A stretch of DNA of 64,000 nt from Bacteroidales bacterium (GTDB taxonomy: Bacteria; Bacteroidota; Bacteroidia; Bacteroidales; P3), in assembly GCA_031263015.1 (NCBI GenBank), contig JAISGN010000007.1, positions 313 to 64,312 of the forward strand, given 5' to 3'. The translations under genes and the position numbers were made by a program. Positions 6,772 to 17,187 of the stretch are shown in pieces (positions within the stretch are counted from its first letter, which is position 1; every line of letters begins with the position of its first letter). Under the pieces are notes generated by a model. That model did no database searches and was not told where the DNA came from. It worked only from the letters and a program-made list of their open reading frames with translations.

Positions 6772-8025
6772 TTATCTTAATTTAAGTGTTACAATTGTTA
6801 ATACCGATAAGATTATGCTTACCAAAAGGAATCTCATTACAATCTTCGGTTCTGCAAATCCTTTTTTTTGAAAATGATGATGAAGAGGGGACATAAGGAA
6901 TATTCTTTTGCCCTGTCCATATCTTTTTTTTGTGTATTTGAAATAACTCACCTGCATAATCACGGAGATGTTCTCAATAATGAATACTCCGCAAAGAATA
7001 GGCAATAGAAACTCTTTTCGGATTAAAATAGCAAAGACAGCAATGATTCCTCCTAAGGCTAACGAACCCGTATCTCCCATAAAGACTTGAGCAGGGTATG
7101 TGTTGTACCAAAGGAAGCCTGTGGTAGCTCCTACAAATGCAGCAATAAATATGGTTAATTCGCCACTGTTAGGAATATACATTATATTTAAGTAGTGAGC
7201 AAAGATAATGTTGCCCGATACCCATGAGAGAATTGCCAATGTGCTGCCTATAATTGCCGAAGTGCCTGTTGCCAATCCGTCTATTCCGTCAGTGAGGTTA
7301 GCCCCATTTGATATTGCCGTTATGATAAATATTACTATCGGGATGAATATTAACCAAGCCCAATCTTTATAATTCTTCCCTGTCCATTTTACGAGACTTG
7401 TGTAGTCAAATTCTTGGTTTTTGACAAAAGGAATAGTGGTTTTTGTGGAGCGTTTGGCTTGCTGTTCAAAATCTGCTTTGGCTTTTTCGTATTTTGTTTG
7501 ACTTTGTATGTTGTGTTGTTGAACGTATTGGTCAATTTCAACTTTTTCTTTGATTGTTATGGATGGATTAAAATATATAAGCCCTCCTACAACTATTCCG
7601 AGAAGAACCTGTCCTATGATTTTAACTTTGCCCGAAAGTCCTCGCTTGTCTTTGCGGAATACTTTTATGTAATCATCTGCAAAGCCGAGAAGTCCCAGCC
7701 AAATGGTGGTGAGCAACATAATTATTATGTAGATGTTAAATATTTTAGCAAAGAGTATTGTTGGAATAATGATAGAGGCAAGAATTATTAACCCTCCCAT
7801 TGTCGGCGTGCCTTCTTTTGCTTTTTGCCCTTCTAAGCCTAATTCCCGCACAGTTTCACCTACTTGCTTTTTTTTGAGATAGTTGATGATGTTCTTGCCG
7901 AAAACAATAGAGATTAGTAAAGAGCAGATTATAGCCATTGCGGCTCTGAACGAAATGTATTGAAAAACTCCCGTTAAAGGAACATCGTATTCTCTGTATA
8001 ACCAATCAAATAAATAATATAACAT
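6772..8025 (-). CDS. mraY: phospho-N-acetylmuramoyl-pentapeptide transferase
   Basis: This is a 417-aa polytopic protein with MraY motifs ([43 protein letters not shown]). Confidence 0.95.
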   Translation of the reverse strand: MLYYLFDWLYREYDVPLTGVFQYISFRAAMAIICSLLISIVFGKNIINYLKKKQVGETVRELGLEGQKAKEGTPTMGGLIILASIIIPTILFAKIFNIYIIIMLLTTIWLGLLGFADDYIKVFRKDKRGLSGKVKIIGQVLLGIVVGGLIYFNPSITIKEKVEIDQYVQQHNIQSQTKYEKAKADFEQQAKRSTKTTIPFVKNQEFDYTSLVKWTGKNYKDWAWLIFIPIVIFIITAISNGANLTDGIDGLATGTSAIIGSTLAILSWVSGNIIFAHYLNIMYIPNSGELTIFIAAFVGATTGFLWYNTYPAQVFMGDTGSLALGGIIAVFAILIRKEFLLPILCGVFIIENISVIMQVSYFKYTKKRYGQGKRIFLMSPLHHHFQKKGFAEPKIVMRFLLVSIILSVLTIVTLKLR

Positions 8026-8040
8026 ATTCTATCTGTTTTT

Positions 8041-9483
8041 TTAACAATATTTCAAAACTTCCTCTTTGTCGTCAAAATGATGTTTAATGCCATCTATCTC
8101 TTGATATGTCTCATGTCCTTTGCCTGCAATGACTACAATGTCTTTTGATGTTGCTATATGGCATGCGGTTTTTATTGCAGAAGCTCTGTCTTGAATTACC
8201 AGTACATTGTCGTCATTAGTAATGCCTGCGAGCATATCGGAAATAATATCTTCAGGTTTTTCTTTACGAGGATTGTCGGTTGTGATAATAACAGTGTCGC
8301 TTCCCTTGTCGGCGATATCTGCCATCTCAGGACGCTTGGTTTTATCTCTATTGCCTCCGCACCCTATAACTGTTATTATTTTAGAATCATTATTCACAAT
8401 ATCCCTAATTGTTGATAGTACGTTTGCAAGTGCGTCGGGAGTATGAGCGTAATCAACAATGGCTGTGCTTCCGTTACGTAAGTGGAATGTGTTAAATCGT
8501 CCGTCAGGGCTGTCTAATTTGCTTATACCTATTAATGTTTCTTCTTTGCTAATACCACAGATAACAGATGTAGCGAAAACCGCTAATATATTATATGCAT
8601 TAAATCTGCCGACAAGTTTAGTGGATACATCTATTCCGTTTATGTTTAGCAATAGTCCTTCTAAAGTATTTTCTATTATTGATGCTTTGAATGAGGCAAT
8701 CTGGTTTATGGTATAGGTGAATATTTTGGCTTTTGTGTTTTGAGCCATAAACAATCCATTCTTATCATCTATATTTATGAGGCAGAATGCAGTCGCAGGT
8801 AATAAATCAAAGAAAGTCTTTTTTGCATCCCTATATGCGGCAAAAGTTTTATGGTAATCTAAGTGGTCGTGCGTTATGTTGCTGAAGATGCCTCCGAAAA
8901 AATTAATACCCGATATGCGATGTTGTACTATTGCATGTGAAGATACCTCCATAAAGACGTATTGGCAATCTGCTTCTACCATTTGTGCAAATAGATATTG
9001 CAATTCTATGGCATCAGGTGTTGTGTGAGAGGCAGGCAATACATTATAATTGATACGATTTATTATAGTGGAAATAAGCCCTACTTTATACCCTAAAGAC
9101 ATAAAGAGGTTATATAATAATGTTACTGTTGTAGTTTTTCCATTTGTGCCTGTTATTCCGATAACTTTTAATTTGGATGTAGGCTCATCATAAAAAGCAG
9201 AAGCAATTATTCCTAAAGCAAGGTTACTGTCTTTAACTTGGATATAAGTAATATCGGTATGAATATTAAGAGGTATATTTTCGCAAACAATAACAACTGC
9301 ACCACCATTGATACTTTGCTCAATATATTTGTGCCCATCTAATTCAGTGCCGTTCTGTGCAATGAAAATACTATCAGGTTTGACTTTGCGAGAATCAAAA
9401 CAAATGGCTGAGATTTGTTTTGATTGTACTCCGACAATGTTTAGTATTTCTATATTCTTTATTAAGTCAGATAGTGTTTTCAT
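8041..9483 (-). CDS. murE: UDP-N-acetylmuramoyl-L-alanyl-D-glutamate--2,6-diaminopimelate ligase
   Basis: The ORF is 480 aa. It carries the Mur ligase P-loop GITGTNGKTT, plus DYAHTPDAL and GCGGNRDKTKRP motifs, and sits in the dcw position. Confidence 0.93.
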   Translation of the reverse strand: MKTLSDLIKNIEILNIVGVQSKQISAICFDSRKVKPDSIFIAQNGTELDGHKYIEQSINGGAVVIVCENIPLNIHTDITYIQVKDSNLALGIIASAFYDEPTSKLKVIGITGTNGKTTTVTLLYNLFMSLGYKVGLISTIINRINYNVLPASHTTPDAIELQYLFAQMVEADCQYVFMEVSSHAIVQHRISGINFFGGIFSNITHDHLDYHKTFAAYRDAKKTFFDLLPATAFCLINIDDKNGLFMAQNTKAKIFTYTINQIASFKASIIENTLEGLLLNINGIDVSTKLVGRFNAYNILAVFATSVICGISKEETLIGISKLDSPDGRFNTFHLRNGSTAIVDYAHTPDALANVLSTIRDIVNNDSKIITVIGCGGNRDKTKRPEMADIADKGSDTVIITTDNPRKEKPEDIISDMLAGITNDDNVLVIQDRASAIKTACHIATSKDIVVIAGKGHETYQEIDGIKHHFDDKEEVLKYC

Positions 9484-9488
9484 AATAT

Positions 9489-11552
9489 TTATTTTAATGT
9501 GAGTTTAATTGTGTTTGATGTATTCGTCATGATATTTGTACCTGCACTTACCGATTGGGAAACAACTTTGCCGTATCCATTAATAGAACTTTTTAGACCT
9601 AATGCAGACAATATATATACAGCATCCTTTGCACTAAGTCCGATAAGATTAGGCATAATATTGTTCGTTCTACTTTGCTCAATTATACGTTGGTTATTTT
9701 GAGCGGAGTTATTAATACCGAATTTTATGTTTCTAATTATGGTATTTGAATCGGTTCTTACTTTGGTCGTGTCCAAGAAAGTTTCTTTAGTTCCCATGAC
9801 TCTATCAGCCAAATCTTTGAAAACAGGTGCTGCCACTTCTCCTCCATGCTTTGTTGTGGCATTTATTACGACTATACATGAGTATTTAGGAGCATCGGCT
9901 GGGAAATAACCAACAAAAGAAGCGTGATTAAGTTTTGTTTTTATATCTTCCGATGTGCCTGTCTTGCCCGCAACACCATACGAAGATTTGGAAACTTTTG
10001 CAGTGCCGTGTTCCACAACATCTTTCAAAACACTTTGCAAAATATCTAATGTCTCCTTCTTGCAAATATTGATTCGTAGAGTATCAGGGCTAAGAGCAAT
10101 GGCTTGTCTTTTGTTATCAACAGTACGAATGATGTGAGACACAAACATAGGCTTTATCATAATACCATTATTAGCAATAGCATTATAAAAAGTCAGCATT
10201 TGCAATGGAGTTATCATAGATACATAGCCATAACTTAGCCGCAAAATATCATCAACGCTTGCAGCATTTTTGCTTATATAAGCAACAGGTTCTTCCGAAA
10301 CGAAAGAATTTCCATTGCTGCTAAAAATAAATTTATAATCCAGATGTAAAGAAGAATCAAACCAAAAATATTGTTTAAGATCCTTTATAAATTGCTTTTT
10401 GTTTTTGCTTTCAACATAATTTTTATAAACCAAATAACTAATACCCACGTTAGAAGAATATTGAATGGCTTCTCTAAATGTGAAAGAGCCTATTTTCCCT
10501 CCGCCGTCATCAACAATCTCTTTAATAGTGTTAGGGAAACGCCTTCTGCCCTTAGGAACAATATCGGTTATTTTTGCTAAGCCTTTATCAAGAAGCACCA
10601 TTGCAGAAACGGTCTTAAAAGTAGAGCCAGGCTCCATACGTTGTGTTAAAGCCATATTCTCTATCTCTCTGAAATTCCCAAACGAATCTTTTTTCAAATT
10701 AGAGATGGCACGTACATACCCTGAATCTACATCCATTAATACTACACAGCCCGAAGAGGCATCATTTTCCCGCAAGCATTTCTCCAAAGAATAATCAGCC
10801 AATTCCTGCAAGCCCACATCAATAGTTGTGATTATATCGGCGGGTTCGCTATTCCCCATTTGTTTATAATATAGACCTCTTGCTATTTTTTGAGCCGGTA
10901 CGCTGTCGGCTTGTCTTAGAATAGTTGAATCGTAATATCCAGAGATACCATCATACATACCGATGTTGCTAATCAATATCCCGAGTGTGCGTCTTGCCAT
11001 CTTCATTTTGTCAGCATAAGGATATGTACGGATATAATGTTTTTTAGCAGAGACCGCACCTCCTATGAATTTCTTCATATAGGGAATAGTTTCTATTCTA
11101 TCGTATTGAGAAATACTTACGTCTTTTGCAATCAGTGTAGAGCGATTCCCTTTACGGCGTTGCTCTTTAAAATATTTCAAATATTCATTTTTGGTTTTTT
11201 GCGGTAAGATTTTTGCGAGGCTATCACAAACCGTATGTATCCAACCTTTATATATGGAATCCGGAATAACATAGGCGTTTTTGTTTTTTCCTAAATCAAT
11301 TCGCATTTCGTATCTTAATACATCGGTGGCAAATAATAATGTGTCATTATTTGCTTCATCCACCGAAAGAATGTTGCCTCGTTTGATAGGAATTTGAGCA
11401 TATTTCAGGAATCTGGCTTTATATTCCTTTTCATACTTGTCGTGCTGCCAAAGTTGTAAATAAAGAATTTGTCCGATGATTATTATACAAGGGACAAACA
11501 GCAAGATATACACCAAACTGCTTCTTTGCTTTATGCCTTTGTTATCATTCAT
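9489..11552 (-). CDS. ftsI: penicillin-binding protein (FtsI-type transpeptidase) with a C-terminal PASTA domain
   Basis: The ORF is 687 aa with an N-terminal TM helix. It has the transpeptidase motifs STFK (PGSTFKTVS), SSN and KTGT. The C-terminal IMPNLIGLSAKDAVYILSALGLK… is PASTA-like. Confidence 0.9.
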   Translation of the reverse strand: MNDNKGIKQRSSLVYILLFVPCIIIIGQILYLQLWQHDKYEKEYKARFLKYAQIPIKRGNILSVDEANNDTLLFATDVLRYEMRIDLGKNKNAYVIPDSIYKGWIHTVCDSLAKILPQKTKNEYLKYFKEQRRKGNRSTLIAKDVSISQYDRIETIPYMKKFIGGAVSAKKHYIRTYPYADKMKMARRTLGILISNIGMYDGISGYYDSTILRQADSVPAQKIARGLYYKQMGNSEPADIITTIDVGLQELADYSLEKCLRENDASSGCVVLMDVDSGYVRAISNLKKDSFGNFREIENMALTQRMEPGSTFKTVSAMVLLDKGLAKITDIVPKGRRRFPNTIKEIVDDGGGKIGSFTFREAIQYSSNVGISYLVYKNYVESKNKKQFIKDLKQYFWFDSSLHLDYKFIFSSNGNSFVSEEPVAYISKNAASVDDILRLSYGYVSMITPLQMLTFYNAIANNGIMIKPMFVSHIIRTVDNKRQAIALSPDTLRINICKKETLDILQSVLKDVVEHGTAKVSKSSYGVAGKTGTSEDIKTKLNHASFVGYFPADAPKYSCIVVINATTKHGGEVAAPVFKDLADRVMGTKETFLDTTKVRTDSNTIIRNIKFGINNSAQNNQRIIEQSRTNNIMPNLIGLSAKDAVYILSALGLKSSINGYGKVVSQSVSAGTNIMTNTSNTIKLTLK

Positions 11553-11883
11553 GCTCCTCTTTCTTTATTATAATGCGTTGTTTTATGGGTTCTGTCGGTA
11601 TTTTCACGCCTGTTGCCTGAAGTTTATCTGCTACTTCAATCATAAGGGTTGTTTGTTGCCACAGACTCCTTTGCTCGCTTGCTTTGTCTTGCAATCTTTC
11701 TATTTTGGCAGTAGTAATTCCTATTTGTTTAATAGTGCTTTCTGTCCTGTATCTGATAGCTATGTAAAATGTAAAGAAGAATGCAAACAAAAAAACAAAA
11801 GATAGATTTTTTAACACCAAATCCGATGTTAGAAAACCGCCGTCAAACATATCTTTTAATTTTATTTTGCCTCTATTTTTCAT
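11545..11883 (-). CDS. ftsL: FtsL-like cell-division protein
   Basis: The ORF is 112 aa with a single TM helix followed by a coiled segment. It lies between rsmH and ftsI and overlaps the ftsI start by 8 nt. Confidence 0.7.
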   Translation of the reverse strand: MKNRGKIKLKDMFDGGFLTSDLVLKNLSFVFLFAFFFTFYIAIRYRTESTIKQIGITTAKIERLQDKASEQRSLWQQTTLMIEVADKLQATGVKIPTEPIKQRIIIKKEEHE

Positions 11884-11909
11884 TCTTTCTTTACTATATT
11901 ATATTGTGT

Positions 11910-12815
11910 CTATCGTTTCTGACCAATTCTCAATTTTGCACTTCTTGCTCTGCTGTTATTCTTAACCTCTTTCTCCGATGCAATGATTGGTTTGCGGTTT
12001 ATCAAATCAAAAGGCGATAATTTATTCCCAAAGAAATCTTTATCCTCAATGCCTTCAAAATTGCCGCTGCGAAGGAAATTTTTTACTATTCTGTCTTCTA
12101 ATGAATGGTAACTAAGCACTACCAATCGCCCTCCCTGCTTCAAACATTCCAAAGACTGCTTTAACATTTCTTTAAGGCTCTCCAGCTCGCTATTAACCTC
12201 TATTCTCAACGACTGAAACACCATTGCATAAAATTTATTCTCGGTTTTAGGCGATGCCAAATGAGCAATGGATTCTTTTAAATCAAAAGTGGTTTTTATA
12301 GGACTTGCTTCCCGCCGAGCAATAATTGCATTCGCGATAAGTTTAGCGGCTTTCAATTCTCCGTAATACCTGAATATTCTTGTTAAATCCTCTTTCCCAT
12401 ACTCATTGACAATGTTCTGTGCCGATAAACTTTGCTTTGTATCCATCCTTAAGTCCAAATCCCCGTTGAAACGTGTGGAAAATCCTCGTGAAGGCTCATC
12501 TATTTGATATGACGACACACCTAAATCCGCCAAAATGCCGTCTAATCCGAATTCTCTGAACATTCGCAGATTGGAGATGAGGTTTGCGTAATTATCTTCT
12601 ATGAAAGAAAATCTGCTATCGTTGATAATATTTTGCTTACTGCTGGCATCCCTGTCAAAAGCATAAAGTCTGCCGTCCGCATTCAGACGTTCCAAAATAG
12701 CCTTTGAATGACCGCCGCCGCCGAAAGTAACATCCGCATACACCCCATCAGGCTTTATGTTTAAGCCATCAATGCATTCTTGCAGCATAACGGGTCTATG
12801 GTAAGGCATATTCAT
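11910..12815 (-). CDS. rsmH: 16S rRNA (cytosine1402-N4)-methyltransferase
   Basis: The ORF is 301 aa. HRPVMLQECIDGL, DVTFGGGGHS and ADLGVSSYQID are typical RsmH/MraW motifs. Confidence 0.95.
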   Translation of the reverse strand: MNMPYHRPVMLQECIDGLNIKPDGVYADVTFGGGGHSKAILERLNADGRLYAFDRDASSKQNIINDSRFSFIEDNYANLISNLRMFREFGLDGILADLGVSSYQIDEPSRGFSTRFNGDLDLRMDTKQSLSAQNIVNEYGKEDLTRIFRYYGELKAAKLIANAIIARREASPIKTTFDLKESIAHLASPKTENKFYAMVFQSLRIEVNSELESLKEMLKQSLECLKQGGRLVVLSYHSLEDRIVKNFLRSGNFEGIEDKDFFGNKLSPFDLINRKPIIASEKEVKNNSRARSAKLRIGQKR

Positions 12816-12818
12816 ATT

Positions 12819-13304
12819 TTATTGCACTTTTTGTTCGTTATCTTTGTATGCTTTTGAGAGTTTTGAACGCAGTTGCTTCAAAGCCTTCTCGTTTTTCTTC
12901 CTTTCATCATTACGTTTTTCATATTGGGCGGCGATGCGTATTTCAAAGCAATTTCCCACACCTCTTATCACTATGTCATTACCCGTTCCTATCTCCTCAT
13001 CAAATCGTTTGGGCAACGGCAAACGCTCACTTGCGTCCAAATCTATTACATCCACATCAGTCAAAGCATAAAATAGAGCCTCTTCTTCCTCTGACGAATC
13101 TCTGTTGATTTGCTTGGTTATAACTTCCATTTCTTCCTGAAAGCCATTATAATGAAAGAGTTCAAGGCATTGGTCATCTAATTTTTTACGAATAGCAAAA
13201 GATTTATTGGAAGACAAATCGAGTTGCTCCAAAAGTTTTTTCGGCATCTTGAATCGTCCATTCGTATCAACCTTACAGTGTTCGTTTCCAATTAGATGTT
13301 TCAT
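12819..13304 (-). CDS. mraZ: transcriptional regulator MraZ
   Basis: The ORF is 161 aa and is the first gene of the dcw cluster. The N-terminus (HCKVDTNGRFKMPKKL) is MraZ/SpoVT-AbrB-like. A TAATTTTG box lies at 13327-13334 on the minus strand. Confidence 0.85.
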   Translation of the reverse strand: MKHLIGNEHCKVDTNGRFKMPKKLLEQLDLSSNKSFAIRKKLDDQCLELFHYNGFQEEMEVITKQINRDSSEEEEALFYALTDVDVIDLDASERLPLPKRFDEEIGTGNDIVIRGVGNCFEIRIAAQYEKRNDERKKNEKALKQLRSKLSKAYKDNEQKVQ

Positions 13305-13326
13305 TTTTACTATTGTTATACGGGTA

Positions 13327-13334
13327 CAAAATTA
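13327..13334 (-). promoter_or_regulatory. -7 box (TAATTTTG) of the dcw operon
   Basis: The reverse complement of caaaatta is TAATTTTG. It lies 23 nt upstream of the mraZ ATG. Confidence 0.5.
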
Positions 13335-13521
13335 CTAAAAATATTTCTAAAAATGCTTTTTCTCACTTTTTTTTACTTTTTTTTGCTTTTATTTTTGCGG
13401 ATTGTACGAAGATTATCGTAAAATGTTACACGGACGGGCTATTATTTGCATTCAATTTTTGCAAATCTCGTTTGCCTGCTTCAATAAGAACAATGATTAA
13501 AATATTGCTGCACAATAATTT

Positions 13522-13584
13522 CACCAAAGGCTGTTTGGTGCGAACGAAAGGCTGTTTTATTTTTACCAAACAGGCTTTTGAAAA
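13522..13584. repeat. 21-bp-phased array (3 units), AAAGGCTGTTT family
   Basis: The units are caccaaaggctgtttggtgcg / aacgaaaggctgttttatttt / taccaaacaggcttttgaaaa. The array lies between the divergent mraZ and radical-SAM promoters. Confidence 0.85.
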
Positions 13585-13691
13585 AATAATATCTGATTAG
13601 ATTCCGGGCAAAGCAAACCGATATGCACCGATATTTGTTTTGAGAAAAATATTCTCTGACGGCGGGAATATTTATTTTGATAAAAATGTTA

Positions 13692-13699
13692 TATCTTTG
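13692..13699 (+). promoter_or_regulatory. -7 box (TATCTTTG) of the radical SAM gene
   Basis: This is an exact TAnnTTTG match, 25 nt upstream of the ATG at 13724. It lies inside the longer track ORF, which argues for the later start. Confidence 0.5.
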
Positions 13700-13723
13700 C
13701 AAACTAAAAATTTAGAACCAAAT

Positions 13724-14491
13724 ATGCTATTTCAGAATGTGGTTTTCGGACCGATACAATCAAGAAGGCTCGGCACAAGTCTTGGTATAAATTTACTGCC
13801 TTCCAACCATAAAATATGCAACTTTGATTGCTGCTATTGCGAATGCGGGTTTAACGAAAAGGAAACAGGCGAAAAACCGGCTCTTCCTTCCATTCACGAC
13901 ATTGTTTCAAGCCTTGAACAATACGCTTCTTCGCATACCAAAGCGGAAATGAAGAAAATCAATTCTATTACTTTTAGCGGCAACGGCGAACCGACACTTC
14001 ATACGGATTTTGCGGAGATTTGCCGACTTATATCCGCTTTTCGCAAGGAGTTTGCCCCGCAAGCAAAAATTACTTTGCTGACCAATGCCACTCAAATAGG
14101 CAAACAGGATGTCCAAAACGCCGTGCGGTATATAGATAACCTGCTTTTAAAATTAGATTGCGGCACAGCAGAACAATATAATAAGATAAATCGCCCGGTG
14201 TCTCTTCGTTTTGAAAAATTGGTTGAAAACCTTATTCGCTTCGGACAGGGTTCTGTTATACAGACTCTTCTTCTTAAATCGGCGAATCCCGAAGACGGCA
14301 TTGACAATACAAAGGATGATGAATTTGCCGCTTATATGAAAATCATAAAACAGGTAAATCCCAAACGTATAATGCTGTATGGTATTGACAGAACGACACC
14401 TAATTCCAATCTTATCAAGTTGAGTAAGGATGAACTGGACGTTTATGCCGACCGATTGAGGTTTATAGGTTTTGAAACAGAGGTCTATTAA
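13724..14491 (+). CDS. radical SAM protein
   Basis: The CNFDCCYC segment gives a CxxxCxxC cluster, and GNGEPTL is a glycine-rich SAM motif. The start was moved from 13640 to 13724 because of the promoter box. Confidence 0.85.
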   Translation: MLFQNVVFGPIQSRRLGTSLGINLLPSNHKICNFDCCYCECGFNEKETGEKPALPSIHDIVSSLEQYASSHTKAEMKKINSITFSGNGEPTLHTDFAEICRLISAFRKEFAPQAKITLLTNATQIGKQDVQNAVRYIDNLLLKLDCGTAEQYNKINRPVSLRFEKLVENLIRFGQGSVIQTLLLKSANPEDGIDNTKDDEFAAYMKIIKQVNPKRIMLYGIDRTTPNSNLIKLSKDELDVYADRLRFIGFETEVY

Positions 14492-14536
14492 TATTTATCA
14501 CTATTTGTAGGTATTGCAAACGCAATATTTAACGCA

Positions 14537-14544
14537 TAACTTTG
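14537..14544 (+). promoter_or_regulatory. -7 box (TAACTTTG) of feoAB
   Basis: This is an exact TAnnTTTG match, 25 nt upstream of the ATG at 14569. Confidence 0.5.
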
Positions 14545-14568
14545 CATCCCTTAAAATGAAGTAACGCA

Positions 14569-17052
14569 ATGTCGGAGCAAAATCATCATACACAACCATT
14601 AACTCTAAACAGATTACAGCAAGGGGACAAAGCAATAGTCTTAAAGGTAAAAGGAAGAGACCGATTCGTCAGAAGGCTTACCGAGATGGGCTTTGTCAGG
14701 GGAACGGTTGTTGAGATGATGAAATCCGCACCTTTTAATGATCCGGTGAATTATCGTATTCTTGATTCGGAAGTAAGTATCCGCCGACAGGATGCTGCGT
14801 TGGTTGAAGTCATGCCTTATTCCGAAGATGCCAAAAGCAACATCGGTTTCGGTTATAGCGGCACTAAGGACAGCGATGACTGCTTTTGTGTGAGCGATTT
14901 CAACAAACGCCGCGATGTTTTGCAGAATAAAATCATTGATATAGCCCTTGTCGGCAATCCTAACACAGGAAAAACATCGCTTTTCAATGCTTTGTCGGGT
15001 TATAAGGAGAAGGTGGGCAATTATAGCGGCGTTACGGTTGATATAAAGCAAGCAACATTTCATTATAAAGGCTATACATTTCATTTAACCGACCTTCCGG
15101 GAACATATAGTCTTGATTCATACAGTCAGGATGAGGATATAGTTTCGGCATACATAGGAGAAAAAGTGCCTGACTTGGTTATAAATATTGTAGATGCGGC
15201 AAACTTGGAACGCAATCTCTTTCTGACAACACAACTCATAGATATGGACGTGCGAATGTTGATTGCATTAAATATGTATGACGATTTGACGGCACGAGGA
15301 GACACTTTTGATTATCAACTCTTCGGTTCAATGGTCGGAGTGCCTGTCGTACCGACTGTAGCCAGCAAAAAACAGGGAATAAACGAACTTTTGGATACTG
15401 CAATAGCCGTTTTCTGCCATCAAAACGACATCGTGCGCCACGTACATATCAATTACGGAGAACAGATTGAGGAAAACCTTGATTTATTAGCAAGGAAGAT
15501 TCATTCAAGTGCTTCATATACCGAATCGGTTGCAGCACGTTATTACGCCATAAGGCTGTTGGAACGCGACAAACGCATAATTGACGAATTGGAAACCTGG
15601 CAAGACCACGATGATTTGCACGAAGTAGCCGATATTGCCATCAAAAAAATTGAGCAAACCTACAAAACCGATTGCCAAACGGTGATTACCAATGCACGAT
15701 ATGGCTTTATAGCAGGAGCATTGAAAGAAACATTTCAATATAACGCCGAAAACCGAAAACAAAAACCAAGAACGCTTACACAGAAACTTGATAATATTTT
15801 TCTGAACTCTTGGTTGGCATATCCGATATTTGCTTTTATTATATGGTTAATGTTCTTTTGTACTTTTAAAGTAGGACAATATCCGATGGATTGGCTGCAA
15901 AAAGGAGTTGAATGGCTCTCTTCATACATAGAAAATCTGCTTCCGAGCGGCTGGTTCGCTGATTTGCTTACACAGGGCGTCATTTCGGGTGTCGGAGGTG
16001 TTGTTGTATTCCTACCGAACATACTTATACTTTTCTTTTTTGTCTCTTTGATGGAACAGACAGGCTATATGTCGCGCGTAGCCTTTCTTATGGACAGACT
16101 GATGCATAAATTGGGTTTGCACGGAAAAAGTTTCGTTCCTATGATTATGGGTTTCGGTTGCAACGTGCCTGCTATTATGGCAACAAGAACATTAGACAGC
16201 CGCAAGGATAGGCTTCTGACGATGATGATACTGCCTTTTATGTCTTGCTCTGCCCGTATGCCGGTGTATATCCTTCTTGTCGGCACATTCTTCCCTGACA
16301 ACAGTGTGCTGGTTATTTGTCTGCTTTATTTGTTAGGCGTCCTCCTTTCAATCTTCTTTGCAATCATCTTCAATAAAACATTGTTTCGCCGCAAGGAAAG
16401 CCCGTTTGTTATGGAGCAACCGCCGTATAGAATCCCTACAACTATGAGTCTGTTGCGAAATATTCTGACAAGAGCATCGCAATATCTTAAAAAAATGGGC
16501 GGAATCATACTTTTAGCATCCGTAATCGTGTGGGCGTTGATGTATTTCCCGCAAAGAAATACCGAAAACATCCATTCCAGTTACATAGCCAAGATAGGAA
16601 AGACGATAGAGCCTGTTTTGTCGCCGCTTGGCTTTGATTGGCGGAGCAGCGTTGCGGTTTTGACGGGCATAAGTGCCAAAGAATTAATCGTAAGCACTAT
16701 GTCCGTGCTTTATAACGATGATTCGCCTCAACCAAACGAGCCATCATTATCACCGGTGCCGCATGCATCCAATCAACCCCCTGTTTCGGCGGATGAAAAC
16801 AGGTCTTTGGGGCAGCGATTGCAAACATCAACGTATCAGGACGGCATCAGGGCGGGGCAGAAGGTCTTTACATTGCCGTCAGTTATCAGTTTGTTGATAT
16901 TTATTGCTGTTTATTTTCCGTGTTTGTCGGTTTTCGTGGTCGTAGGCAAAGAAAGCCGCTGGAAATGGGCTGTATTCCTCGCCGTTTATACCACTTTAAC
17001 GGCTTGGGTGCTTGCTTTCCTCTCATACAACCTCGTTTCCTTAATCGTTTAG
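14569..17052 (+). CDS. feoB: ferrous iron transporter, FeoA-FeoB fusion
   Basis: The ORF is 827 aa. The N-terminal FeoA-like SH3 domain includes GDKAIVLKVKG…MGFVRGTVVE. It is followed by a G-domain (GNPNTGKTSLFN, DLPGTYSL) and a polytopic membrane domain. Confidence 0.93.
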   Translation: MSEQNHHTQPLTLNRLQQGDKAIVLKVKGRDRFVRRLTEMGFVRGTVVEMMKSAPFNDPVNYRILDSEVSIRRQDAALVEVMPYSEDAKSNIGFGYSGTKDSDDCFCVSDFNKRRDVLQNKIIDIALVGNPNTGKTSLFNALSGYKEKVGNYSGVTVDIKQATFHYKGYTFHLTDLPGTYSLDSYSQDEDIVSAYIGEKVPDLVINIVDAANLERNLFLTTQLIDMDVRMLIALNMYDDLTARGDTFDYQLFGSMVGVPVVPTVASKKQGINELLDTAIAVFCHQNDIVRHVHINYGEQIEENLDLLARKIHSSASYTESVAARYYAIRLLERDKRIIDELETWQDHDDLHEVADIAIKKIEQTYKTDCQTVITNARYGFIAGALKETFQYNAENRKQKPRTLTQKLDNIFLNSWLAYPIFAFIIWLMFFCTFKVGQYPMDWLQKGVEWLSSYIENLLPSGWFADLLTQGVISGVGGVVVFLPNILILFFFVSLMEQTGYMSRVAFLMDRLMHKLGLHGKSFVPMIMGFGCNVPAIMATRTLDSRKDRLLTMMILPFMSCSARMPVYILLVGTFFPDNSVLVICLLYLLGVLLSIFFAIIFNKTLFRRKESPFVMEQPPYRIPTTMSLLRNILTRASQYLKKMGGIILLASVIVWALMYFPQRNTENIHSSYIAKIGKTIEPVLSPLGFDWRSSVAVLTGISAKELIVSTMSVLYNDDSPQPNEPSLSPVPHASNQPPVSADENRSLGQRLQTSTYQDGIRAGQKVFTLPSVISLLIFIAVYFPCLSVFVVVGKESRWKWAVFLAVYTTLTAWVLAFLSYNLVSLIV

Positions 17053-17103
17053 TGCATATTGCACTGGCAATACCTTCTTTTATAAAAACGCAAAGCCATA
17101 AGG

Positions 17104-17187
17104 AAAAAATAAAAGGCTGTTTTGTGAAAACGAAACAGCCTTTCGTGCGAATGAAACGGCGTTTTAGTAAAATAAAACAGCCTTTCG
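17104..17187. repeat. 21-bp-phased array (4 units), AAACAGCCTTT family
   Basis: The units are aaaaaataaaaggctgttttg / tgaaaacgaaacagcctttcg / tgcgaatgaaacggcgtttta / gtaaaataaaacagcctttcg. Units 1 and 2 are inverted relative to each other and can form a ~12-bp stem. Confidence 0.9.
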
